A DNA stretch of 64,000 bases from Eledone cirrhosa (GCA_964016885.1 OZ024743.1:5518001-5582000); one strand, 5' to 3'; shown: positions 45,101 to 58,861, numbered from the stretch's first letter. The notes: generated by a model from the sequence alone, not told the origin. A program made the numbers and translations.

Positions 45101-48100
45101 CAGTGAAACTCTTTATGCACTTTGGCTATGTGCAGTAATGTTATTAGTGCTGTCTGCACAGCCGAGTGAAACTCTTTATGCACTTTCGCTATGTGCAGTA
45201 ATGTTATTAGTGCTGTCTGCACAGACCAGTGAAACTCTTTATGCACTTTGGCTATGTGCAGTAATGTTATTAGTGCTGTCTGCACAGCCGAGTGAAACTC
45301 TTTATGCACTTTCGCTATGTGCAGTAATGTTATTAGTGCTGTCTGCACAGACCAGTGAAACTCTTTATGCACTTTGGCTATGTGCAGTAATGTTATTAGT
45401 GCTGTCTGCACAGCCGAGTGAAACTCTTTATGCACTTTGGCTATGTGCAGTAATGTTATTAGTGCTGTCTGCACAGCCGAGTGAAACTCTTTATGCACTT
45501 TCGCTATGTGCAGTAATGTTATTAGTGCTGTCTGCACAGACCAGTGAAACTCTTTATGCACTTTGGCTATGTGCAGTAATGTTATTAGTGCTGTCTGCAC
45601 AGACCAGTGAAACTCTTTATGCACTTTGGCTATGTGCAGTAATGTTATTAGTGCTGTCTGCACAGCCGAGTGAAACTCTTTATGCACTTTGGCTATGTGC
45701 AGTAATGTTATTAGTGCTGTCTGCACAGACCAGTGAAACTCTTTATGCACTTTGGTTATGTGCAGTAATGTTATTAGTGCTGTCTGCACAGCCGAGTGAT
45801 ACTCTTTATGCACTTTGGCTATGTGCAGTAATGTTATTAGTGCTGTCTGCACAGCCGAGTGAAACTCTTTATGCACTTTGGCTATGTGCAGTAATGTTAT
45901 TAGTGCTGTCTGCACAGACCAGTGAAACTCTTTATGCACTTTGGCTATGTGCAGTAATGTTATTAGTGCTGTCTGCACAGCCGAGTGAAACTCTTTATGC
46001 ACTTTCGCTATGTGCAGTAATGTTATTAGTGCTGTCTGCACAGACCAGTGAAACTCTTTATGCACTTTGGCTATGTGCAGTAATGTTATTAGTGCTGTCT
46101 GCACAGCCGAGTGAAACTCTTTATGCACTTTGGCTATGTGCAGTAATGTTATTAGTGCTGTCTGCACAGCCGAGTGAAACTCTTTATGCACTTTGGTTAT
46201 GTGCAGTAATGTTATTAGTGCTGCCTGCACAGACCAGTGAAACTCTTTATGCACTTTGGTTATGTGCAGTAATGTTATTAGTGCTGTCTGCACAGCCGAG
46301 TGAAACTCTTTATGCACTTTGGCTATGTGCAGTAATGTTATTAGTGCTGTCTGCACAGACCAGTGAAACTCTTTATGCACTTTGGTTATGTGCAGTAATG
46401 TTATTAGTGCTGCCTGCACAGCCGAGTGAAACTCTTTATGCACTTTGGCTATGTGCAGTAATGTTATTAGTGCTGTCTGCACAGCCGAGTGAAACTCTTT
46501 ATGCACTTTGGGTATGTGCAATAATGTTATTAGTGCTGCCTGCACAGACCAGTGAAACTCTTTATGCACTTTGGCTATGTGCAGTAATGTTATTAGTGCT
46601 GTCTGCACAGCCGAGTGAAACTCTTTATGCACTTTGGCTATGTGCAGTAATGTTATTAGTGCTGTCTGCACAGCCGAGTGAAACTCTTTATGCACTTTGG
46701 CTATGTGCAGTAATCTTATTAGTGCTGTCTGCACAGACCAGTGAAACTCTTTATGCACTTTGGCTATGTGCAGTAATGTTATTAGTGCTGTCTGCACAGC
46801 CGAGTGAAATTCTTTATGCACTTTGGCTATGTGCAGTAATGTTATTAGTGCTGTCTGCACAGCCGAGTGAAACTCTTTATGCACTTTGGCTATGTGCAAT
46901 AATGTTATTAGTGCTGCCTGCACAGCCGAGTGAAACTCTTTATGCACTTTGGCTATGTGCAGTAATGTTATTAGTGCTACCTGCACAGCCGAGTGAAACT
47001 CTTTATGCACTTTGGCTATGTGCAGTAATGTTATTAGTACTGCCTGCACAGCCGAGTGAAACTCTTTATGCACTTTGGCTATGTGCAGTAATGTTATTAG
47101 TGCTGCCTGCACGGCCGAGTGAAACTCTTTATGCACTTTGGCTATGTGCAGTAATGTTATTAGTGCTGCCTGCACAGCCGAGTGAAACTCTTTATGCACT
47201 TTGGCTATGTGCAGTAATGTTATTAGTGCTGCCTGCACAGCCGAGTGAAACTCTTTATGCACTTTGGCTATGTGCAGTAATGTTATTAGTGCTGTCTGCA
47301 CAGCCGAGTGAAACTCTTTATGCACTTTGGCTATGTGCAATAATGTTATTAGTGCTGTCTGCACAGCCGAGTGAAACTCTTTATGCACTTTGGCTATGTG
47401 CAGTAATGTTATTAGTGCTGTCTGCACAGCCGGGTGAAACTCTTTATGCACTTTGGCTATGTGCAATAATGTTATTAGTGCTGTCTGCACAGCCGAGTGA
47501 AACTCTTTATGCACTTTGGCTATGTGCAGTAATGTTATTAGTGCTGCCTGCACAGCCGAGTGAAACTCTTTATGCACTTTGGCTATGTGCAGTAATGTTA
47601 TTAGTGCTGTCTGCACAGCCGAGTGAAACTCTTTATGCACTTTGGCTATGTGCAATAATGTTATTAGTGCTGTCTGCACAGCCGAGTGAAACTCTTTATG
47701 CACTTTGGCTATGTGCAGTAATGTTATTAGTGCTGTCTGCACAGCCGAGTGAAACTCTTTATGCACTTTGGCTATGTGCAGTAATGTTATTAGTGCTGCC
47801 TGCACAGCCGAGTGAAACTCTTTATGCACTTTGGCTATGTGCAATAATGTTATTAGTGCTGTCTGCACAGCCGAGTGAAACTCTTTATGCACTTTGGCTA
47901 AGTGCAGTATGTTATTAGTGCTGTCTGCACAGCCGAGTGAAACTCTTTATGCACTTTGACTATGTGCAATAATGTTATTAGTGCTGTCTGCACAGCCGAG
48001 TGAAACTCTTTATGCACTTTGGCTATGTGCAATAATGTTATTAGTGCTGCCTGCACAGCCGAGTGAAACTCTTTATGCACTTTGGCTATGTGCAATAATG

Positions 48101-49034
48101 TTATTAGTGCTGTCTGCACAGCCGAGTGAAACTCTTTATGCACTTTGGCTATGTGCAGTAATGTTATTAGTGCTGCCTGCACAGCCGAGTGAAACACTTT
48201 ATGCACTTTGGCTATGTGCAGTAATGTTATTAGTGCTGCCTGCACAGCCGAGTGAAACTCTTTATGCACTTTGGCTATGTGCAATAATGTTATTAGTGCT
48301 GCCTGCACAGCCGAGTGAAACTATTTATGCACTTTGGCTATGTGCAGTAATGTTATTAGTGCTGCCTGCACAGCCGAGTGAAACTCTTTATGCACTTTGG
48401 CTATGTGCAGTAATGTTATTAGTGCTGCCTGCACAGCCGAGTGAAACTCTTTATGCACTTTGGCTATGTGCAGTAATGTTATTAGTGCTGTCTGCACAGC
48501 CGAGTGAAACTCTTTATGCACTTTGGCTATGTGCAGTAATGTTATTAGTGCTGCCTGCACAGCCGAGTGAAACTCTTTATGCACTTTGGCTATGTGCAGT
48601 AATGTTATTAGTGCATCCTGCACAGCCGAGTGAAACTCTTTATGCACTTTGGCTATGTGCAGTAATGTTATTAGTGCTGCCTGCACAGCCGAGTGAAACT
48701 CTTTATGCACTTTGGCTATGTGCAGTAATGTTATTAGTGCTGTCTGCACAGCCAAGTGAAACTCTTTATGCACTTTGGCTATGTGCAATAATGTTATTAG
48801 TGCTGCCTGCACAGCCGAGTGAAACTCTTTATGCACTTTGGCTATGTGCAGTAATGTTATTAGTGCTGTCTGCACAGCCGAGTGAAACTCTTTATGCACT
48901 TTGGCTATATGCAATAATGTTATTAGTGCTGCCTGCACAGCCGAGTGAAACTCTTTATGCACTTTGGCTATGTGCAATAATGTTATTAGTGCTGTCTGCA
49001 CAGCCGAGTGAAACTCTTTATGCACTTTGGCTAT
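33111..49034. repeat. 63-bp satellite, about 253 copies, 15.9 kb
   Basis: Unit TTAGTGCTGTCTGCACAGCCGAGTGAAACTCTTTATGCACTTTGGCTATGTGCAGTAATGTTA; mostly point variants and one small deletion near 47900. Confidence 0.99.
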
Positions 49035-49130
49035 TGTGTAAGTTGTGTATAAATTCTGGGATTTGGGTTATGTATCTAATTGCTGTATTTTTATATCTGT
49101 TGCTTTCATTCTCAATGCGTCTATTATTAT

Positions 49131-49344
49131 GATTTCTACTATAGGCACAAGGCCTGCAATTTTGGAGGAGGGGAAAATCGATTAAATCCACCCCAGTGCA
49201 TTACTGGTTCTTTATTTTATCGACCCCTTAAGGATGAAAGGCAAAGCTAACCTCGGTAGGATTTAAACTCAGATCATAAAGGGCGTAACTCTATGTTGCA
49301 AGGCATGGCGTCCGACCTTCTACCGATACTGCCAATCCACCGCC
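49131..49344 (-). mobile_element. Full-length SINE with a 20-bp TSD
   Basis: CTCAATGCGTCTATTATTAT at 49111-49130 and 49345-49364. Confidence 0.92.
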
Positions 49345-49574
49345 CTCAATGCGTCTATTATTATAAGAATTGTTTCTGTTTTCAATCGCCACATCTGGTT
49401 ATCTCTATTTCCAGATCTTTATATCTTGATAGTTTTTTCCATTTTTAATGATATAATATTTCATGTTCAGATTGATGCTTCGATCAGGAGACTCTTCCTT
49501 TCTCGAACGTCTTTCGCAGAAATATCCAATCGATTTGCCTTAACCCCCTAGCTTTGTGGATTGGAACATGCCAA

Positions 49575-51034
49575 AGTATAGTCACTCTGAGTATAGTCCC
49601 ACTGAGTAGCGCCACACTGAGTATAGTCACTCTGTGTATAGGCACTCTGAGTATAGTCACACTGAGTATAACCACTCTGAGTATAGTCACACTAAGTATA
49701 GCCACACTGAGTATAGCCACGCTGAGTATAGTCACTCTGAGTATAGCCACTTTGAGTATAGTCACACTGAGTATAGTCACGCTCAGTATAGCTACACTGA
49801 GTATAGCCACACTGAGTATAGCCACACTAAGTATAGCCACACTGAGTATAGGCACTCTGAGTATAGCCACACTAAGTATAGCCACACTGAGTATAGGCAC
49901 TCTGAGTATAGCCACACTAAGTATAGCCACACTGAGTATAGCCACACTGAGTATAGTCACGCTCAGTATAGCCACACTGAGTATAGTCACTCTGAGTATA
50001 GCCACTTTGAGTATAGTCACACTGAGTATAGTCACGCTCAGTATAGCCACACTGAGTATAGCCACTCTGAGTATAGCCACACTGAGTATAGGCACTCTGA
50101 GTATAGGCACTCTGAGTATAGCCACACTAAGTATAGCCACACTAAGTATAGGCACTCTGAGTATAGCCACACTGAGTATAGTCACACTAAGTATAGCCAC
50201 ACTGAGTATAGCCACTCTGAGTATAGCCACACTGAGTATAGGCACTCTGAGTATAGGCACTCTGAGTATAGCCACACTAAGTATAGCCACTCTGAGTATA
50301 GCCACACTGAGTATAGCCACTCTGAGTATAGCCACTCTGAGTATAGGCACTCTGAGTATAGCCACACTAAGTATAGCCACTCTGAGTATAGCCACACTAA
50401 GTATAGCTATAGCCACACTGAGTATAGTCACACTCAGTATAGCTATAGCCACACTGAGTATAGTCGCACTCAGTATAGCTATAGCCACACTGAGTATAGT
50501 CACACTCAGTATAGCTATAGCCACACTGAGTATAGTCACACTCAGTATAGCCACACTCAGTATAGCCACACTGAGTATAGCTATAGCCACACTGAGTATA
50601 GCTATAGCCACACTGAGTATAGCTATAGCCACATTGAGTATAGTCACACTCAGTATAGCTATAGCCACTCTGAGTATAGTCACACTCAGTATAGCTATAG
50701 CCACACTGAGTATAGTCACACTCAGTATAGCTATAGCCACTCTGAGTATAGTCACACTCAGTATAGCTATAGCCACACTGAGTATAGCTATAGCCACACT
50801 GAGTATAGTCACACTCAGTATAGCTATAGCCACTCTGAGTATAGTCACACTCAGTATAGCTATAGCCACACTGAGTATAGTCACACTCAATATAGCTATA
50901 GCCACTCTGAGTATAGCTATAGCCACACTGAGTATAGTCACACTCAGTATAGCTATAGCCACACTGAGTATAGCTATAGCCACACTGAGTATAGTCACAC
51001 TCAATATAGCTATAGCCACTCTGAGTATAGTCAC
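49575..51034. repeat. 15-bp minisatellite (GAGTATAGCCACACT) grading into mixed 15/21-bp units
   Basis: The extra AGCTAT hexamer appears only from about 50405 onward. Confidence 0.97.
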
Positions 51035-54000
51035 ATTTTCATTCTCGGAGATATTTTCTCCTGTATGTTTCTATCAACCCCTATCTGTTGGTATTTCAAA
51101 CTTTTGGCAGGATTTCTGCTGTATGAAAGTTCCAGCTCTTATATGCTTTCTCTTTTGGCTGGACTGGGCTGTCAGAAGAAATAGGGTTGATTGGTATCAC
51201 CATCTTTATTATTCACTGCTTGAGAAATATCAAGAGATTAGAACAGGCATAAATTACTTGGTTACACGCAAAAGACACTTCAAGGTTAATTAAATTTTAT
51301 AAGGTTACCAAAGTGTTGAATGTTAAATTCTGTGTGAAAATGCCCTAACAATGTTTATGTATCTTCGTATTGCTATTTTCTGAAACGTCACTACGTTTCT
51401 TATTGAAGGTAATTTGTCAATGTCTTAACAGAAGTAGGTGTGTGACATTTCAGTTGTATTAATTACAAATGGAATGATAGACACATTCTTTAATTAGCAT
51501 TTTTTTTTTTATTTAACAATAAATCGGTGTAATTCTTCGAATTTCAGCTAGCTTCTGGACATTATAGCAATTAGGTATTACATCTATAATTAATACGTTT
51601 TTTTCCATTTTATGTCAGATATATTTTGCGTTATCTGAGAGTCTGATTATATGCTAAAGTTCTATAGCGTTTCCTATTGTCATTTTCTACTACAGGTGGA
51701 GAGTTTCACATGAGTACCACAAAGTATTTACGTGAGGAGAGTTGAAATTGGATGACTCGTCATATGCCGAGCAGCTATGTCACTTTATTGTGCTTCCAAG
51801 TATATTTTGTCGGGGCTAGTGTATGACATCCTGATAAAATAATCTGTATTGTTTCAGAAAATACATCACACAAGTGACATTTGTCATCTATATTATTGAA
51901 ATTATAAATGTTTCTTTCAATATATTTGTTGCTGATTATCTGCTCCTGTGTTGTGTATGTTATCGCTTCTGTTGCCCCTCATTCGGGCTAGTCTTATTTA
52001 TATTCATAAATGCAAGCATATCTAAGTGGGTAAGAAATTCGCTTCGAAATCATGGGGTTCTGGGTTCCATTTCCCTATGTGACATCTTGAGAAAATGTCT
52101 TTACCTTAACCCCAGATTGATCCAGACCTTATGAAATTAGATAGACTGAAATTCAATGGAAGACCATCGGATGGATTGTGCCTGTAATTCAAAGATCCAG
52201 CATCACCACATATTGTATCACGCTAATTCGGTTTGGGAATTGCGTTAAGTACACATTACCTATGGAATACTCAACTACTTGCTCATCAATTCACAAGTTG
52301 GACGCTCGGTTGATCAAGTAACTGCTTATCATCTTCATCGGTGGAAGATCCACTATTTATCAAGGCCAGAGATAGTTGTTGGTTTTTTTTATTATGTGGA
52401 ACATAAACATTTTTCTTTTTTTAAATGTGTGGGACATCCAGTTCGCAGAAGCATTAGAGATATAAAGCAAACCTGTCAACTTCCCCCGTCCGACGGGGAG
52501 ATCTCCCACCCACTTTGGGGAGAGTGAGAGACGTCTTATCTTGTGAAAATAGGTTTAGCTTCCATTATGTAAATTCTCCTCATTTTGCCTCATTTCTCCT
52601 CGTTTTGGGGCACTTTTTTCATGGTACTCCCCGTTTGGGTTTTTAGAGGTGTGTATAAAGGCATGCTTTTATGGTTGTTTATCAAAGTCAAATTATGTGT
52701 CATCAGTATATCCGTTTTTGCTGTGTTTTACAACAGGTGGCGAATTGGCAGAGTCGTTAAGACGTCGGATAGAACGCTTTACAGTATTCGCCCCACCTCA
52801 TTGCGCTCTCTGAATTCAAATCCCGCCGGGGTCAATTTTACCTTTCATCCTTTCGAGGTTGATAAAAGTATCAGTACTGGGGCCGATTCTTCCTCTATAG
52901 AAAAAAAATCGGCTGTGTTCAGAGCTGGAGAGAGTTGGGCTCCGCCAGGTTTAAAAGTGCCCTAGACATGCCATATGACGGTGCCTCTACGACTCCACAA
53001 GGAGTTATAGGATCTTTCTTCCGTTCGAAAATAAAATAAAAGGTAAAAGTCTTACGCTTATTTCCGTTTTTGTTGTTATTTTTTTCAACGATCTTCTATA
53101 TTTCAAATTCTTTAAGCAGGATTTAGTTTTACTGTTCAAGCGGTGAATCGCTTCAACTTGACAAACGGCCAAATTATACGTTTTCTCTAAGTATAGCTCT
53201 GTCATGAAATTATAAGTTTAAGCACAGAATCTCTACTTTCACCCAATAATCAGTATAATATTGATATTTCTTGTTTCTCCAATACATCAGGTGTTAGTGT
53301 GGAAATGTATATCATAAATCAAAATTTCATATAGGGTTTAGTTTACTACAATTATTATTTAGTTTACAGTTATAAAATATATAGCTTAGCTTTTAAGTCA
53401 GAACACCACAGTAATAAAGCATTCAAGTATGGTATTCAAGTATATATTCTCTTGTAATATTTTTAAATGTTTATATCTATTTTTGGTTTTACAGTGTTCC
53501 TTCTTGACATTGCTTTTAAAATTATTGCTCACATTTTCTATCTTTTCAAATTAACGCTTCCATTAACTATAAAATTGAACATTTATCACCCGTGGGTATT
53601 CCACGTATACTCACAGTGAGTTAATAACTGATGGTAAATCTTTTGTAAAAATATGTAATGTTTTGAACCTGTATTGAAATGGAGAACCGGATGTCATTTA
53701 AATGATTCAAGTATTTAACTAATATACTGAAAGTATTTTATTATCGTTTTTCAAAATCCCTAATTTCATTCATTTTCAGATTATTAGTTAAACAGTATCA
53801 TTTTCATTGATAACATATATTTATTGCAAATATACTAATGAGAAATTTGTTACGTGTTATCTTAGATAATGACTTTTTATTTTCAAAATTAGTATTCATT
53901 TCCTTCTGTTTTATAAGCATCATGATTTTGAATGTATATGCGCACGTGTCTATGAATATGGAAAGCCAGGATGTTTGTGTAAAAGAAGCAGCTACAAAGA

Positions 54001-54444
54001 AAATAAAAGAGAGACACCAACTATTACCATTGTTCTGACATCGTATTACGACTGTTCAGTGATAACACACTATCAAACAAATATCAGCATAATATTGCAA
54101 TATCATTTTTTTTTTTCTTTATCGTCACAGAAAATAGATTTGTTTATCAATTAATGAACAAACTCATCAGAAACTAGTCTTCTCTGCAATTATTCCCCTT
54201 TCACTAACATTCCATAAGCTATATTAAAAGAAAAACGTTTCTTAAGTGCCCAGACAGTGGGTTAATACCGTTACTGTATGTCGTTATTTCAACTGCTGTC
54301 ACTCACATATTGCTGTTATTGTCTGGGTGCGAGTATGGTTGAGTGGTTAAAAAGTTTACTTTACAATCATGAGGTCCTGGGTTCGATTCTAGTGCATGAG
54401 ACCCACGCCTTGTGAGTGAAATTGTATAGACAGAAACTGAGTAG

Positions 54445-55150
54445 AAAGCCAAAAGGACAAATTATTTAAGACACAAGATCAACAACTCTAGTGAAATAGA
54501 AAAGTGTGGGATGAGTGGAGGAAAGGGAGAAACTCTGTGGCATATCACCAACCAGTGCACAAGTATGCCATATCGCTAGCCAGTGCACAAAACTCTTACA
54601 GAAAGAATACAAGCGACGCCATCATAACGTAGCAAAAATCATTCACTGGCAGTTATGCAGAAAATACCTCGAAAAAGCAAGCCAGTGGTATGAGCACAAG
54701 CCAGAAGGCGTCATAGAAAATGACCACGTCAAGATTCTATGGGACTTTAATGTCCAATGTGACAATGAAATTGAACATTGCAAACCAGATATTGTGGTGA
54801 TCAACAAAGTTATCAATGTTTGATTCTGAATGTGGTTTGTCTCACTGACAATAAGGTTGTGGCAAAGAACTGAAGAAGATTGAGAGATATGAACCACTAG
54901 CATGGAAGATAAAACATTTGCAGACAATGAAAACGGTTGAAGGGATCCTAGTTGGGATGTTTGGCACTGTGAGATCCAGAATTGAAAGATGTTTAAAGAG
55001 AATTGAGGGTAACATCAGAGTGGGGCAGGAAGCTTATAAAAGTGCTTGACAATTGAAGGTGTCACTTCAGTCGACTGGTTAGGGCCAGCTGGCACCAGAA
55101 TTACATCACGAGCAACAAATGCTATGCGACAAGTGAGTAATAGTAATAAG
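54445..55150 (+). mobile_element. R4/Dong-like LINE 3' fragment (degenerate zinc knuckle and RLE)
   Basis: HIASQCTKLLQKEYKRRHHNVAKIIHWQLC..WYEHKPEGVIENDHVKILWDFNVQCDNEIEHCKPDIVVINK; ends in a TAA-like tail. Confidence 0.8.
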
Positions 55151-56470
55151 GATTTCTTTATAAGCCATGCAGGGTTCACGTTAATAAAACATTAAAGATG
55201 GTACAGGGCGGCACAGGACGGTATAATGTGGGTGGGTGGTTCAAGTAAAAAATGTTTAATAAAAACAACCAACATCAAATAAATTCCAACAAAACAAATT
55301 CCCTAATAGAGAGTTCTGAGGGTCACTCATGGAGAAAGCTCAGAAAAAGCCACGGTTACCTTGACCACTAGGGCATGCGCTTTGATCTGTGTAGTCGACA
55401 ACTGTGGATTGTGGACACCGTATACTAGCCTTATCTACTTCCCTAGAGAATAAATACCCTGTCTATATACAATCTCGATGACCTGATGCGGTTTGACCAT
55501 GTCCACATTGGCCCATTCGAGAAATCCAATCGGTACCTGTTAGACAGTTGAAAATGCCTGAGCAGGTTTGTGAGTCTTTTACAACCACTTCCCTTATCTC
55601 CTATTCCCACACAGTCACAGTTCGTATCCTGTTCGTATGGAGGAAGGGTTGACGACCCCCTTCCCTGCCAGTTGCGGGCATCTCCCCAAGAATGTCAGTG
55701 TATAACATTTTAGTTATCGTTCCCCAGAAATCCCCAATTGCATTAGGGAAATTTTCTGTAAGGTATGTGCATGTTTTTTAGTCTATTGTGATAATGTTCG
55801 TGTGGTTGGTGCGACTTTTTAGGGGGAGAATCTAGTTCTTTTCTACAATGTTGGTATTGTGCTGTCAGAGATGGATTAGTTTTCTATTGTTTATATTTAT
55901 TGCTGTGTAATGTGTGAAGTTTGAATCTTTTTATTGGGTTTGCGTTTCTTGTTGTTGATGCGATGCTGGTTGGATGATGTTGTAGATGTCGGTGTTGGTA
56001 GCCTGTGGTGTCTGTTGGGATTTTGAGGGTGGTGGTGGTGATGGTGATAATGCGGATGTTGGTGTTTCTGATGTGTGCCTTTTTTGCTATCCCCATTCTT
56101 TGTGGGTAAAATCAAACTGCCTTTTTTTTCGGGGCAGCTGCTATTAGATAAAGAATGGCTATTGTGGGCGGCACTTGGATCATCTTCACCTTCACTAAAC
56201 TCTGGCAGCAATAGGATAGTACGAGAGTGAATTCGTCACTTCTGAGCTGGGGAGTGCGATTTTGCTTCCTGGTGTGGGGGGGGGGGCAAATACAATACCC
56301 AACGACCCAAATCGTCACATTCCACCCAAAGCCTTTTAGATTTAGGTCTCAGTAGCCCACTCAACCCGACGTAATTTAGCACCAATTGTATGGTATGTAA
56401 CCATACAAAAAAACTGGTTTTCCATCACGTTAGATGGTGGTTTAAGGCTCACCCTGTGACCCCTTTTTTC
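55150..56470 (-). mobile_element. Probable decayed retroelement (ORF1-like remnant)
   Basis: Higher-complexity, strand-biased segment with broken ORFs; family assignment is tentative. Confidence 0.3.
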
Positions 56471-58344
56471 CATTATTTTCTTTGCCTCCATTAAATCTTC
56501 CTGTTTAATGATTAATTCCTTAACACCTGTGTTTATGTTTGTATGTGTAAACTAGCGGTTCATCATAAAAGAGATCGATAAAATATATACGATACTTGAA
56601 AACTATGAACTAGGGTCGACATGGTTTCTCTAAGTTTCTCTATATCTCATAGAAGGTTTCTTAGCTGGTTTAATGATAGGGAAAGAACTCAATGAGCCAC
56701 CTGGTTATAATCGTGAATTCAACACCCTAACCAGAGTCTAATGATTGAAACCAGTATAAGAATAAAAGATTAACAAAACTACTAAACTTCTGTTGAAGAA
56801 GGGGTCCGTAGAGACTGAACATATATTTAAATCTCCAGATGCTTTTGATACTATTGATTTTTGGCAGAATATCGAAACTGAATTTTTGAATTAATTTAAG
56901 ATTAAATCCAAATATAGTTGGAAGTTTTAAATATTCTCTGTTCTACGTCTTTAATTTCGTTTTTTTTTTTGTTTTTTTTTTTGTTTTTATAGAAATCATT
57001 ATTATTCTATTCTAAGCCTGGTTATTTAAACTGGCTCTCTTTCCTTCAATGAGTGTTGTAACCTAGAGATGTTGAATAGCATCTTCATCATCATAATTAT
57101 CATCATCGTCATTATCAATTTTTTAAATGGAGGCGACTCTCCCTCCACACTCGCAAAAGAGTGCTAAAATATTTCGCACATGCAAACCATGACTCACGAT
57201 TTCAGTAAATGTCCAAAGAGAAACATCATCACCGCCAACACCACCACTACAGAAACGACCGATAAAGTCCCCACCGCCAACAACAACAATAACGATAACA
57301 GCATCAAATACAACAATGGCAGAAAAAAATAACAGATAAGGACGCTGGTTCAAAACAACACACAGAAGTCTCCATCTTGGATGGCCACTTCCTTTGTAGG
57401 GGCGACAAAAAAAAATTGGAAAAAATATTACTAAATGAAAAGGTAAGGGAGACCAAGTTAATGATGAAAATGTGGGACCACGGAGGAAGCCTAACGCCTC
57501 TATCCATTATTATTATTTCAGTCAAAATGTTGTTGTTCTTGTTGTTTAGGCTGAGGTCAACCTTGATTGAGCAGACCAATAGCGTTCCAGCTGTGACCAT
57601 CCCGACGTCTAAGATTATATATCATTCAATGTCTCTTTTCTCTTTATTTTTGCCATTTCTAGCAAATTGAGCGATTTCGAATCTACTCATAATTGCGATA
57701 TAGATCTTGGGATTCTTGTCGTTTAATAATATTTTATAATCCCAGCCTATACTTCTATTGTATCGCAAATAATTTTCTTTTTTGGAATGCGATTGTAAGC
57801 ATTTTTTCTAGGCAAAATTCCAAGCCTATACTAATTTTTGTTTTCATCTCATGCTATTGTTGTGTACACATAAAATTATGAAAATCCATATCCAGTATGC
57901 AGATAACTGGTGCTCAGCTTCCATTTGAATTTGTAGCATTTAGTCCAATTGACAATTTCATTCGACAAGACGTTACTCCACAAATGTGTGAACCATTTTA
58001 TTTTACTGTTCCATCTTCACCCAAGAAATGCTTCCAAACTTATGTTTTAGTATACCTACTTACCTTTACACTACAACAGTTTTTTTACAGGCAGTCCCTG
58101 AGTCAAATTTTCATTTTATTTTTCAATTTCCTATTCTCTTTTCCCTATCTTCCATGATAAGTTTGGGTTCAACGTAACCCTGTTATGTAATTCTGTTAAA
58201 CTTACCTGATGAGATCGACCTGTGTTGCATCATAATTGGATGATGGAGCAGGGCCATTGAAATATGTATAATGATTTCAAGGAATTAAAATTTTATAGCA
58301 TATCTTCCAATCCGGCCTTCTGTTGCCGTTTTATAAATATGTAT

Positions 58345-58425
<81 letters not shown>

Positions 58426-58511
58426 TACACTTAAACTAATATCTCATTTTGGGGGATACAAGCCAAATCGGCTAAAAAAAGAGCCTGTTTTAATTTATAT
58501 AATCCCCGACC

Positions 58512-58597
<86 letters not shown>

Positions 58598-58861
58598 CGG
58601 GCGGGGGGAGTACACGGTGTAATATTACAAAGCAATAGAGAGAATGAGGCATGATGGTGGTTACAAGTATTATACAATAATCCAGCTGTTCAATAGTGTG
58701 ATGTAATATTATAAGGATCCCCTATAGTGCCCGGATGTTCGATGCATCTGTTTCTGAAGAACGCCATGACGTCACATTCGGTTGACATTTCAAGTTCTCT
58801 TGAATGGATCGATAAACAAAAGAGTCCATAGTGAATTATTGATTGGTTTATTATTTCTTGT

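Larger units (their letters stand above)
49035..51230 (-). mobile_element. Decayed R4/Dong-like LINE 3' region (RLE domain) interrupted by a minisatellite and a SINE
   Basis: ..HIRAGTFIQQKSCQKFEIP..KHTGENISENENVTIL [array] VTILWHVPIH..KANRLDI..LSRYKDLEIEITR.MWRLKTETILIIIDAL..YITQIP, read across frameshifts. Confidence 0.75.

Noticed and set aside
33111-49034. CRISPR-like array
   Set aside because: No unique spacers, no cas genes, eukaryotic context.
32808-49132. Giant ORFs (up to 2662 aa) on both strands of the 63-bp array
   Set aside because: The unit length is a multiple of 3 and lacks stops in two frames by chance; variant units introduce stops on both strands and there is a frameshift near 47900.
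49484-51293. EYSHT / SIATL repeat proteins
   Set aside because: Translations of a 15/21-bp minisatellite inside a decayed LINE.
58202-58280. Hammerhead at CTGATGA..GAAA
   Set aside because: Stem II is plausible but I could not form stem I; possibly a decayed copy.
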